A stretch of DNA of 64,000 nt, from NCBI RefSeq assembly GCF_030028105.1, contig NW_027274036.1, forward strand, positions 496,001 through 560,000, written 5' to 3'. The position numbers and the translations under genes were made by a program. The notes beneath the pieces were generated by a model. It ran no database searches and was not told where the DNA came from. It was given only the letters and a program-made list of their open reading frames with translations. This stretch comes from Mobula birostris. Taxonomy: Eukaryota. Shown piece after piece: positions 1 through 12,000 of the stretch. Each line of letters begins with the position of its first letter. Within the stretch, counting starts at the first letter, position 1.

Positions 1-3000
1 TCAAAGCAACCGGTCTGACAAAACTCGGAACTGTGTTTCTTTTTGTTAATCTCTCTCGTCTCTCATTAACATTTGGAATGTTTCTCTCTTTGTCTCTCTT
101 ATCAGCATCAATCTTCTGATAACTTGGTCTTTTGTCACACCTCTACCCTTCAAAGGATTTTTACTGGGGTAAAAATTATAGGCATGAATACATTATTAGA
201 TACACACAAGTATACATGGTCATCAGCTATTTGGCTAATACAGAGAACTTTGAGTTGTCAACACCTTGACAGACAGTCAGCAACCACATTTTCCGTTCCT
301 TTTATATGTGTTATTTTAATAATCCTCTAAGACCAGGCTCCAATTTAGCAAACTTCATAGTGGCCAAAAACACTAATGAGTTGTGATCAGTGTAACTTCT
401 CAGTGGTTTTCATCCGGAACACAGATAACAAGGGTCGTCCCACACCAACTTAGCATTCTTTGGCAAGGGCTTAGTAAGAGGGTGGGTAATATCCGCAAAG
501 TTTTTCTTTTGCAAAACTTCCAATAGTACCCCACCATCTCCAAGAACCTTCTCAGGGCTCTCTTGTCTGTCAGGGTGGGAACTTCAGAGATAGCCTGCAC
601 CTTAGCTTGCATCGGAGCCAGCTGCCCCTGTCCTACCACAAATCCCAGATAAGTGACCTTCGCGTGGCTGAATTCACTTTTTTGCGAGGTTCACTGTCAG
701 GCTGGCTTCAAACAGCCGTTTAACCAGTGCGACACCGTGCTCCTCCCACATGTCACTCCAGACCACTACATCGCCAATATACGCTTCTGCGTTCTTTAGC
801 CCTTTTGTCACTGAATTTATCATCCTATAGGGGTGTTGCTCACTAGGCTGACCTGATGTGACAACACCATGTCCCGGCTCTTTGCATTGCCTCGGGACAT
901 CCGTACATACGTGTGCGCGCCGTTTAATTAGCTCTCTTAGCGGGTCGCTTTGTTCGGGGATTAAGGGAGAGACCTTATCAGCAAAGCTGGCCAAAACAAT
1001 AGACTTCTCCCATCTGGTCGGCACTATACTTATCTTTTCAAAATGGGTTTTCCCCTTCTCAGGTGGCACACTAGCCTCATTAATTTTCGTGATAACACCG
1101 ACTAGGTTTGTTCACCTATCGTGGCAAGCTGTTAGCATATCAAAAGCCTGTAACTGTGTTAGCTCACGTCTACAATGGTCAATAACATCCTTCCTCCTGT
1201 GTGGCCAGTAGAACTCTTTCATGATTCCGCCGACTGTTTTCCTCCCCCCAAAATGTCCACCGAGGGGTATCTTGTGGGCCAGGTTAAGAATCTCATCCCC
1301 ATAAATTTTTGGCACCACCTCCCATTCCTCATCTGCGGGCACGGTACTTGGTAGCCATTTCTTCCTTAGTACTCCCTCCTCCACACAATAGCCTTTTTAA
1401 TTCTGCTTCAGAGAGAGCTATCTCCGCCAAAACCATCAGCTCCTCGTCTCGCTCCTGTGCCTGTACAAATTCCTTCCTTGATAATGATAAATCTACCTTA
1501 ATTTCCGTTTCATTACACTCCTTCTTTTCACTTTCTAACCCCTCCTCGTATAAGGCTGGTAAAAGCATCTCCACTAAATCTATATTAGCTTCGGCAGCCT
1601 TTCTGGACACACGCCGAGTCACTGCGCAAATGGGGTAAACCTGTGAGTCCATGGGCGGGGCCCCAATGTTGGCAGGCTGGCTTGTCAATCTTACTGCTGG
1701 GTACACCTCTCCGCCGGCGAAGTCATTACCGAGTAAGCCCTCCATGTCTTTCATCGGTAGTTCGGCCCTCACCCCGATCATGACCGGTCCAGAGACCAAA
1801 TCGCTTTTTAGGTGTATCTGGTGCAAAGGTACTGCTTCAGTCCCTTTTCCAATGCCTTTTATGACCCTGACCGCCCCAGTCTGGGTCTCTGAACTAAAAT
1901 CTAAAACACTCCTTAAGATCAGTGACTGACAAGCTCCCGTGTCTCTCCAGATCCGTACTGGAACTGGGTTTAACCCCTCCTTCACCGACACCAATCCGTC
2001 CGAGGTAAACTTCTCGCGCCCTTCCTGAACTTTATCAGACCTCTTCTCTCCTAGCGGTTTGCTTACCAGCTCAATACAGCCAGTCAGAACCATCGTTTTC
2101 CCTTTTCCCATCTCCTTCTTTGGGGCAAAGCACCTGGACGCAAAGTGTCCGACTTTCCCACAATTAAAGCATACGACCCCAGGACACTTCCTACCAAATT
2201 GCTCCCTGTCTACCTTATCCTTCTCACTAGTCCCCGGCTTACTTTCTGACTTTTCTGGCAGACTCTCCCCGCCGTCCTGACTACTCTTCTGGTAGCCTTT
2301 ACTTGAGGTAAACTTCATTTTATTTGTCAACGCGTATTCATCCACTAACTTAGCAGTTGCGGCTAAAGTGTCTGCCTCTTTCTCATCTAGGTAGGGTCTC
2401 ATACCGTCAGGGACACAACCTTTAAACTGCTCAATCAGGATGAGCTGTAGCAGTCTGTCGTAATCCCCATTGACCCCTTTCGAGGCGCACCAACGCTCAC
2501 AATATGTCTGCAGCTCACAGGCAAACTCTAAGTACTGCTTCCTCGCATCCCGGAACCTCTGCCGGTATGCCTCCGGGACCAACTCATAAATCCTGAGTAT
2601 GGCCTCTTTCACCACCTCATACCTCTGGGCATCTTCTGCGGACAAAGCCGAGTAAGCTTGTTGGGCTTTTCCTTTAAGTACACTCTGAAGCAAAACAGCC
2701 CACTTATCCCTCGGCCAGTCCTGACTTGCAGCAACTTTTTCAAAATGGAGAAAGTACCGATCAACATCGGTCTCGTCAAACCAGCCTAACCACCTTGGTT
2801 CGGCATGGGCCCCTGCGCTAGCGTCATCCTTAACTTCTCCAGCTCGAATTCCCTTTCCTTCTGTTTCTCCAGCTGCCTCTCTCTCTCTTCTCGCTCCAAC
2901 TGCCTCTCTCTCTCTTGCCGTTCTAACAGTTTCTCTTTGGGCTCGAGTCTCAATTTTTCCATCTGCACCTGTACTGCTTCTCCACCAGGTTTGCCCATAG

Positions 3001-3275
3001 ATACCACCTCCAGCTCCCCTTGGGGAAACACACCTTTAGACACATAATGCTCTTTGATAGCTCTGTGCATCTCCTCTCTCCTCATTCTCGACTTCCCCTT
3101 AAAAAGATTCAACCATTTGGCCACAGCTGCCAATTCTGCTTTCCTGGCATCCTCTAATGCCTCCAAGGTCAGCCCCTTTAGAAATTCCTCAATCTCCATT
3201 TCTGCTGTTTGCCTTTCCTTTCTTTCGGGAATTTTAACCCAATCAATTTAACCCGTCCCAAAGTTAGCGTTCAAA

Positions 3276-3294
3276 ATCCTGGACGAGAACCCCA
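3276..3294 (-). promoter_or_regulatory. Primer-binding site, tRNA-Pro-like
   Basis: Minus strand TGGGGTTCTCGTCCAGGAT just inside the 5' LTR, versus canonical Pro PBS TGGGGGCTCGTCCGGGAT. A purine tract (AAGGGTAGAGG) abuts the 3' LTR at 140-150. Confidence 0.75.
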
Positions 3295-3298
3295 CTTA

Positions 3299-4146
3299 TG
3301 TTACGTACCCCATAACTGGGTTGCCAAACCAGCAGAAATGGACCACTTAGTTAGAGTCTGGATTACTGGAACTAAGAAAGTTTTATTAAAGAAATAAGTA
3401 ACACAGTACTCTAATAGTAAGGATATAAATGCAACAGGTTAGCAATGATAAAACACACATGTACACAGAACTAGAATAATAGGATCAATCAAGCTCTATC
3501 GCAGTCTAGGGGTAAAATGATCAGTCTCAAGTGATGCAGAGTTCAGTTCAGTTTAGTTCAGTTCGCAGTAATTGCTGTTGTGCTGTTGCGGAGAGAGAAA
3601 GAGAGAGCGAATGATGATATTCAAATCGGATTCAAACAGACCTTTGATATTCCTCGCAGTTAGCTTTCGGGCGAGCCCTTTGTAATGTCTTCTGAGGTCA
3701 CCGACTGTGACCCCTCCGTTCCGGATACGATCGTTCTTCTGCGGTGAACCCGGCACCCAGGCAAGGGCGGACACACACACCAGGTTCTCGCCGATCGTAC
3801 CTTTCCACCCCGTGCGTCTACGGTCGGTCCCGCTACCAGACCTCCAAAACCTCCACCAACTTGTGGGGGGGCACACCGCACTTCCAGGGTCTCGTTATCT
3901 CATGGTGTCATGGTGTGTCCCTTGCCTTAGCGAACCTGTTCCTTTTATCCCCCTGCTGGGGTATCGCCTGTCCATCAAACTTCAAACAGTTCAGGTTCAA
4001 AGCAACCGGTCTGTCAATACTCAGAACTGTGTCTCTTTTCGTTAATCTCTCTCGTCTCTCACTAACATTTGGAATGTTTATCTCTTTGTCTCTCTCTTAT
4101 CTCTCTTATCGGCATCAATCTTCTGATAACTTGGCCTTTTGTCACA
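3299..4146 (-). repeat. 5' LTR of the Gmr1-type element
   Basis: TGTTAC...GTCACA termini; its end matches 1-139 and the whole LTR matches 38892-39687. Confidence 0.9.
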
Positions 4147-4448
4147 ATATTGTCTGCAAACTTTGCAACAAAACAATCAATTCCATCATCCAAATCACTG
4201 ACATATAATGTAAAAAGAATCAGTCCCACACAGACCCTGTGGAACACCACTAGTCACTGGCAGCTAGTCAGGGAATAAGGCAAACAATCAGTCTTGCATC
4301 AGTTGTAGGGAAATTACTGGAGAAAATTCTTAGGGATAGGGTATACAGTATGAGCATTTGGAAACCCATGACCTAATGAGGGAGAACAGGGAGAGAGAGA
4401 GTAATGAGGAGAGAGGCTTTGTGCAGGGCAGGAAAGTGTCTTACCAAC
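4147..4448. mobile_element. Degenerate CR1 RT fragments in both orientations
   Basis: FVAKFAD-like motif on - (4062..4250 ORF); a CR1 segment on + resembling 45690-45830. Confidence 0.6.
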
Positions 4449-4571
4449 TTTCAGTAAGTACATTTAATGTCAGAGAAATATATACAATATCCATCCTGAA
4501 ATTCTTTTTCTTCGCAAGCATCCACAAAAACAGAGAAGTTCCCCAAAGAATGAATGACAGTTAAATGTTAG

Positions 4572-5403
4572 TGTTACGTAACCGGCAAAAATGAATATTA
4601 ATCGAGACAAGCTATATAAAAACAATCAAACATTTATTAAGCACGTATAAACGATAAGGAAAAAAAAACAAAGGAAAACTTTAACTGGAGGTTAACAGGT
4701 ACACAACCGTTCGCCAACTCCACTCGGCTCTGGTTCTTAAAGCGTTAAATGCGAAAACAGTTCTTTCAGTGATAACTTTGAAAGTCCAACCGTTTTACAC
4801 ATTCAATTGGGAGAGACTTCTCTGGAGAAAGATTTCTTCACAGATGCACCTTTACTGCTGGTTCTGTCCACAGGATTCACGAAGCCAAAAATAAACAGTG
4901 TAAATCAACTGACTTTAAATTCCTTTAGAGAGAGAGCCTTTGCATGAACTCATTGCCCGTTTGCAAGAGTTATCTCTATGCAGGTTCTCTCCAATGAAGA
5001 CTCAATAAGGTTGATTCTTTATTAAACTGCCAAACGATGCCGACTTCTCTTGATCCTTCGATCCTTCACTCTCCCTTCAAAACTGTCGGAATTGAGTAAA
5101 TTGGCACTTCCAGCCACAAATTCCCAGTCCAATAATACAATATCTTGTAAGAGAACGCACCTTCTGTTTTAAAAATGAAACTGTGTCACAAAAACAAACA
5201 CGCAACAGAAACGGAGGCACAACACGTTCTACCTGGAAATCTACAAACTCAAAAACCAACTGCGTCACCTGGGTCGACCCTTATATAGTCACGGGGCACA
5301 TGTCATCACGTGACCTCATCGGCGGGAAAATCACATCAGGTGACCTCCAAAAGACCATTACATCATTCTCACAAAAAGAACAGATCTCCTTGAGCAGGTA
5401 ACA
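4572..5403 (-). mobile_element. Solo LTR (832 bp) with 5-bp TSD
   Basis: TGTTAC...GTAACA termini; GTTAG duplicated at 4567-4571 and 5404-5408; TATA-like and AATAAA motifs on the - strand. It splits an older retroelement tail. Confidence 0.8.
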
Positions 5404-5707
5404 GTTAGAACCTCAAAGCACCCCCAGCTCCGCCCTCTCATGCATAAGCAGCAGCAAAGCAACAACCCCCCCCCCCCCGCTTGGTTTTGGTGAATGTATC
5501 AACGTAAATTTTGCAGATTGTCTGCTGCCTTTCAAAACAGATAGTATGGTGTGACATTCTTTCAACGAATGGTGTGAGTTTCTCAGGCTGTTAAAAGGTT
5601 TGGCCAAATGCTTGTCTCCTTCTCAGCCTCAGGGCAGAGAACCACCCTTCACACAGTTGATTAAAGTGATCCACAAAGATTTTGTCCACAAATGGTTTAA
5701 AACTCTG

Positions 5708-5887
5708 TCAACACACATCAAAGTTATTGGTGAAGGCAGCAGGCCAGGCAATCTGACGAAGGGTCTCAGCCCGAAACGTCGACTGTACCTCTTCCTAGGG
5801 ATGCTGCCTGGCCTGCTGTGTTCACCAGCAACTTTGATGTGTGCTCCTTGAATTTCCAGCATCTGCAGAATTCCTCGTGTTTGCGTT
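5708..5887. mobile_element. Penelope-type terminal fragment with inverted 5' segment and hammerhead-like core
   Basis: 12-bp TSD TTTAAAACTCTG (5696-5707, 5888-5899). The first ~45 bp are the reverse complement of about 5803-5852. Core CTGACGA-GGG..CCC-GAAACGTC at 5753-5780. Confidence 0.65.
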
Positions 5888-5992
5888 TTTAAAACTCTGC
5901 CAAAGCTGCCAGGCAGGAGAAGGAGTCTCACTAACTGTGTTCTCTTTTAGACCCTGAGAGCAGGAAACGGACAGAATACCTGGGATTGAACG

Positions 5993-6032
5993 ATGATTGG
6001 AAAGTGGTATTTTCTCCTATCAATTCTGCAAG
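5993..6032 (+). CDS. Leader (signal peptide) exon [13 protein letters not shown]
   Basis: ATG at 5993, hydrophobic FLLSIL, phase-1 donor CAAG|gtacca. Joined to 6853 it gives [20 protein letters not shown], a plausible 17-aa signal peptide. An acceptor-like ttctcttttag ending at 5950 suggests an upstream non-coding exon. Confidence 0.65.
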
Positions 6033-9000
6033 GTACCAGCAACAGCAGCTCAGCTGATTAACTGTCAATGAGTTGGGATGGAAACTAATTTTGATAGAGG
6101 TTAACAGATTAGCACTCCCTTAAATATCCTTATAACACACATTGCTGCCATTCTGATTAGTGCTCCTTTAATTCTCCTTTAGTACTCCCACATTGCAGCC
6201 ATTCTGATTAGTGCTCCTTCAGTACACACACATTGTTGCCATTCTGATTAGTGCTTCTTTAATGCTCCTTTAGTACTCCCACATTGCAGCCATTCTGATT
6301 AGTGCTCCTTCAGTACACACACATTGTTGCCATTCTGATTAGTGCTTCTTTAATGCTCCTTTAGTACTCCCACATTGCAGCCATTCTGATTGTACAGAAA
6401 TCCAACAGTACTTGGAACCTACAGTTGTCCAGAGGCCACCCAGCAATCTCACGATTTAATCCTAGTCTATCAAGGGGCAATTTACAATGATCTACGAACC
6501 GGTATGTCTTTGGACAGTGGGAGGACGTGGTCATGGGGCAAATGTATAAACTTCTTACAGGCAGCAGCACGAATTGAACCCAGCTGGCTTGTACTGTAAA
6601 GCATTTTGCTGACCAATACGCTACCATGCTGCCTTATGTGGGATCTCCAGATTTGCAGTGCTGATAGTGGAGTATTGCTGGCATTGTTCTTGTGTCTGTG
6701 TAAACTCCTTCAGTATTACCACCATTACTGCATAGTGCTTACCAAGAATTCTGCAGTACTCTGAGTACACACCAACAGCAGTGTAACTCTGTCAACACTG
6801 AGGATCTTCTTCAATACTGTCTTGTTGCTTAATATTCATAATCTCTCCTCAGCTGTAGTGTCAGAGGAATGGACAGCCGACATTCAACAAGAAGTTACAG
6901 TGCGGAAGGGCCTGTGTGCACACATTCGGTGTCAATACAGCTATCCATCACGTCTGGCAAATGACCAACGGGTGGGAATCTGGTTTAACTCAAATAACCT
7001 GTTTTCATGGTCACAGATAGCCTTTCATTCCAAGAATAGCAGTCATATAATGCCAAAGTATCACCATCGGACCTGGCTCTCTGGAAACCTGAATGACAAG
7101 AACTGTTCCTTGAATATAAACAATGTTACACAGGAAGATGAAGGTCCTTATCACTTCAGAATTGAATTTAAAGACCTGGATCGCTATAGCTACTCCACCA
7201 TAACACAACTATGTGTTGATGGTAAGTGTTTTGTCTAATTATATAATGATAGACACTCAGCAGTCAGGGAGAAATGGCCAAACTGTGCTGATTTCCCAGT
7301 AACACAATTCACAAATCATTAATGCAGAATGGGATTATCAGTGACTTTGTTGTGCCTCCATCAGTGCTAACACAATCTCCAAATTCACTGTCTATGCTAT
7401 CATGTTATCTCCTTCACTTCTCTCTGTTATAAACTAAGTTACAGATGGACAACATTTTTACAGCACCCTTTATTTCCTCAGGATGTCTGAGCCTGCTTCC
7501 CAGTGTGGGTGGGCTCCATTAATGCCAGTGTGGGAACAGCCTGCTTCCCAGTGTGGCTGGGCTCCATTAATGCCAGTGTGGGAACAGCCTGCTTCCCAGT
7601 GTGGGTGGGCTCCATTAATGCTGGTATGGGAACAGCAAACAATATAGTGCAGCAATGCAGAGGGTCAAGCAGCATATGTGGCAGGAAAGGAATTTTTAAC
7701 ATTTCTAGTCAAAACCCTGCAACATTCTGTCCACTTCACAGCTCAATTTCCTGTCTATCACCAAACACAGCAGCCCATCTTGCAATCATCATTTTTGAGG
7801 TTAAAATAAAATGTAAGTCCCAGCACATCACACATTACCATCTAGACAAAATGACCTATTTATGCTAATACAGTCACTGGACATTAAGCACAGAAACTGT
7901 CCATTTAGTTCACCCTGTGCCGAGTCACGCCTGTCTGGTTCTGAAACACAGCTGTCTGTTCACCTCACAACAATTAACTTATCCAAATCTCCCCTATATG
8001 CTGCAATTCAGCCCCCATACACCACTTCTGTTGGCAGCTCTTTTCACACTTACATCACCTTCTGAGGGAAGACATTCTTCTTCAGATTTCTCTTAAATAT
8101 TTCACCTTTCACCCTGAAGCATTGGCCTCCAGTTGTAGTCTCACCCAACCAAAAAACATGCATGGATACACCCAATCTACATCCCTCATTACTTTGTATA
8201 CGTCTATATGATCTCCCCTCATTCTCCTGTATTCCAGGGAATAAAGTTCAGGAGGTCCACAAGTCCTGTCGATTTTCTCTGCATTCTTTTAAACTTATTG
8301 ATATATTTTCTATATTGTTTTTATTGGTTGGCTTATTTTACACAAAACAACATTAATTTTGTAGGTTTATATTACATAATTGGATCTTCCCAGCCTCTTC
8401 AAAAAAAGGCAACAATTATATCAGTGCTCAAGACTCTCTGTAATTTACCTATCACCACAGTAGGTCTATGGCAGGAATGATCTCAATGGCTCTTCACGTG
8501 GCCTTAGATCACCTGGACAATGCACACACCTCTGTCACAATGCTTTTATGTTGGCTATAGCTTAGCATTCAACACCATAATTCACACAGTTCTGATCGAT
8601 AAGCTACAGAACCTGGGCTTCTGTCCCTCTCTCTGCAAGTGGATTCTTGACCACAATCTGTGTGTATTGCTAATAATATCTCCTCCTCACTGATGACCAA
8701 CACTGGCACACCCCAAGGGCCCACTGTTCTTCTCTCTCGATACTCATGACTGTGTGACTCAAATGCCATTGATAAATTTGCTGATGATGCTACCATTATT
8801 CCTAGAATCTCAGATGGAGACGCTAGAGCATACAGGAGCAAAATATGCTAGCTAGTTGAGTGGTGTCGTACCAATAACCTTGCAATCAATGTCAGTAAGA
8901 TGAAAGAGCTGATTGTGAAGGATAAGATGAGGAAACATGAACCAATCCTCATAGAGGGATCAGAGTGGAGGGAGAGAGAGCAACTTCAAGTTCCTGGGTT

Positions 9001-12000
9001 TCAAGATCTCTGAGGATCTGACCTGGTCCCAACATATTGATGCAGCTATAAAGAAGGCAAGACAGCGGCTATATTTCATTAGGAGTTGAAGAGATTTTGT
9101 TTATCACCTAAAACACTCAAATTTCAATAGATATACCATGGAAAGCATTCTGACAGGCCACATCACTGTCTGGTATGGGTGGGTGCTACTGTACAGGACT
9201 GAAAGAACCTACAGAAAGTTGTAATATTAGTCAGCTCCATCTTGGGTACTAGCCTCCGTAATCTAAGACGTCTTCAAGGAGCGGTGCCTCAGAAAGGTGG
9301 CATCCATTATTAAGGACCCATCCCCCAGGGCATGCCTTCTTATTGTTACTGTCAGGAAGGAGGTGCAGAAGACTGAAGGCATACACTTAGCGATTCAGGA
9401 ACAGCTTCTTCCCCTCTGCAATCCAATTCCTAAAGGGACATTGAATCCATGAATATATATATATATATATATATATACACACTCTTATTTACCAATTTTT
9501 TTCCTATATTATGTATTGCATAGTAATGCTGCTACCGTTAACAAATTTCATGACTCATGCCGGTGACAATAAACCTGATTCTAATTGTTAATTTGCTTCT
9601 CCTTTGCCATCTAAAATCATAATAAGTGAGCAGACCCACCCTCCAGCTTTTCCAAGCTTCCTGCAGTTCCTCAACGTCACATAGTCACAGTTCAAACACT
9701 GCATAAACCTGAAAGCATGTACACTAGTCTTCAGTTGTTGTCAGACTCTTGAATGATAGGATGGACTGTTGACCTCAGCTACTTTGTTTTGATCCTGCAG
9801 TAAGTTTTTTACTTGCACTGCACTTTCTCTATAACTGTTGCTCTTTATTCTGCATTGTTATATTTTTGCCTTGTTTTACCTCAATGCACTGTGTAATGCT
9901 CTGTGTATACAAGCTTTTCACGTGACAATAATAAACCAATACTATGCACATTCAACTGCAAGGCCTTTAGATTTGTGTAACACCAGCCCTCTGGTGCACT
10001 TACTCTGTCATTTCCTGTCACAATCTGTTTCTCCTTTTCTATGTTTACACATCTGTTTTGTGACTTATTTCTACTTTTTGCTTTAACAATCTTTTCCAAC
10101 TTTGATCTCACTTCCTCCATAAATCCCACTATTTTGTTTAAAATCCTCGCAGAGAGAGGTGGGTGAGGGGTTTCAGTGCAAATTGTCTCCATTTGTTGTG
10201 ATAATTGCTAAATGTATATTGCAGAGACTCTGAGCCAGTGCTGCCTGAACAGGGAGCTGTGTCATCTCCCTAGCCTTGTCTGTTGAAGGTGCCCAGGCTG
10301 AATGTGAGGGAAACTCAGGAAACTCCCTAGCTCCAGGGCAATAGGACCATACAATTCTGTGAAGATTGAAGGTTGACAAGTCTGTCTGTTCTGAAGCACC
10401 TCATCCTTGGGTTTTGACAGCAGAAAGCTGTTGTTTTGGTTTTAATTTTCCACAGTTCACCGACATTGGGAAAGGTTGCATAAGATTGGAATGTTGCAAA
10501 GGTTTTTTTTCTCTCAAACAACAAGGAAGACATTGGGAGAGTACACATTAGGGAAAATAGTGGAAGCTATTATTGAAGATATTACAGGCAGAGCATTGGC
10601 TAGGTAAGAAGGTAAATAGGATTTTTACTGATTGACAAAATGGAATGCAAGTGTACACAGGGATAGGTAAAGAAAACAAAGATATGGTTGCAAATCTTTC
10701 AGAAGACTCCAAAGAAGAAAATTAACCTCTGAAGAGGAGGACACAAAGCATAAAGGTAGAGTATGGGCAAAGTGTGGTGAATAGAGTAAACCATGGAAAA
10801 CATGAAATAGACACCATTACAGCATAGAAACAAGCCCTTTGGCCCATCGAGTCCATGCTAAACTATTATTCTGCCTATTCCCAAGGGCCTACACATCGCC
10901 CTCCATACCCCTCCCATCCATGGATTTATCCATACTTCTCTTAAATGTTCAAATTAAACCCACATCCACTACTTCTGCTGGTAGCTCATTCCTCTGAGTG
11001 AAGAAATTTGCCCTCTTCCTCTTAAGTATTTCACCTTTCACCTTTAACATACGATCTCTACGTCTAGTCTCACCCACACTCAGTGAAGAAGGCCTTCCAT
11101 TTACCCTATCTATACCCTCATAATATAAAAAAAAGGTACGTCGTATCCAGAATTTTTCCAGTTAGCTGACGACTTCCTCCCACACTGCTCTGACGTAGCG
11201 GGAAATCACGTACGAGGCAAGTTACAGCAGTGGTTTGTCATTTTCTTTCTGCCAGGTGAGTTTTTAAAAGAGATCACCAGCTCATGAAATGCCTAAGCGT
11301 GCAGGGGAGCTGGCTGGATTCGAACTTGGGACCTCCCACCCCGCAGTCCAGCACTGATGCCACTATGCCACCAGCTGGGTCCCTCATAATATATACCTCT
11401 ACAAATCTCCTCTCATCTTCCTACGTTCCATGGAATTAAGTCTTACCCTATTCAACCTTCTACTACAACTCAGGTCCTCAAGTCCTGGTAACATTAGACA
11501 TTGAAGCAGAATTACACCACCTGGCCCATTGAGTCTTCTCCGCCATTTAATCATGGCTGATCCTTTGTTCCCCTCCTCAACCCCATTCCGCAGCCTGCTC
11601 CCTGTAACTTTTGATGCTGTATCCAATAAGAACCTATCAATGTCTGCATTAAATACACCTAACGACTTGGCTTCCACAGCTGCCTGTGAGAACAAATTCC
11701 ACAAATTCGCAACCTTTGGCTCAAGTCTGTTTTAGATGGACCCCCCCTATCCTGAAGCTGTGCCCTCTTGTCCTAGACTCCCCGACCATGGGAAACATCC
11801 TTGCCACATCTGCTCTGTCTAGGCCTTTCAACATTCAAAAGGTTTCAATGAGATCCCCCCTCATTCTTCTAAATTCCAGCGAGCACAGACCCAAAGCCAT
11901 CAAGCGTTCTTCGTATGATAACCCTTTCATTCCCGGAATCATCCTTGTGAACCTCCTCTGAACCCTCTCCAATGCCAGCACATCTTTTCTGAGATGAGGA

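Larger units (their letters stand above)
1..4146 (-). mobile_element. Internally deleted Gmr1-type Ty3/Gypsy LTR retrotransposon (gag-PR-IN-RT order); 3' LTR runs off the window start
   Basis: LTRs at 3299-4146 and 1-139 (partial). Gag 2786..3199 and 1329..2693 has a SCAN-like capsid region (EAYRQRFR...EQF), a CCHC knuckle CFNCGKVGHFASRC and protease DTG. Integrase HHCC at 1112..1384 lies BEFORE the RT remnants (HPYR, YIGD for YIDD at 674..1069; thumb region at 400..639). Confidence 0.88.

Noticed and set aside
1-139. 3' LTR looks closer to the solo LTR at 39547-39687 than to its own 5' LTR
   Set aside because: The differences are private to each copy (about 2-6 per 139 bp), consistent with independent decay; no shared derived changes support gene conversion.
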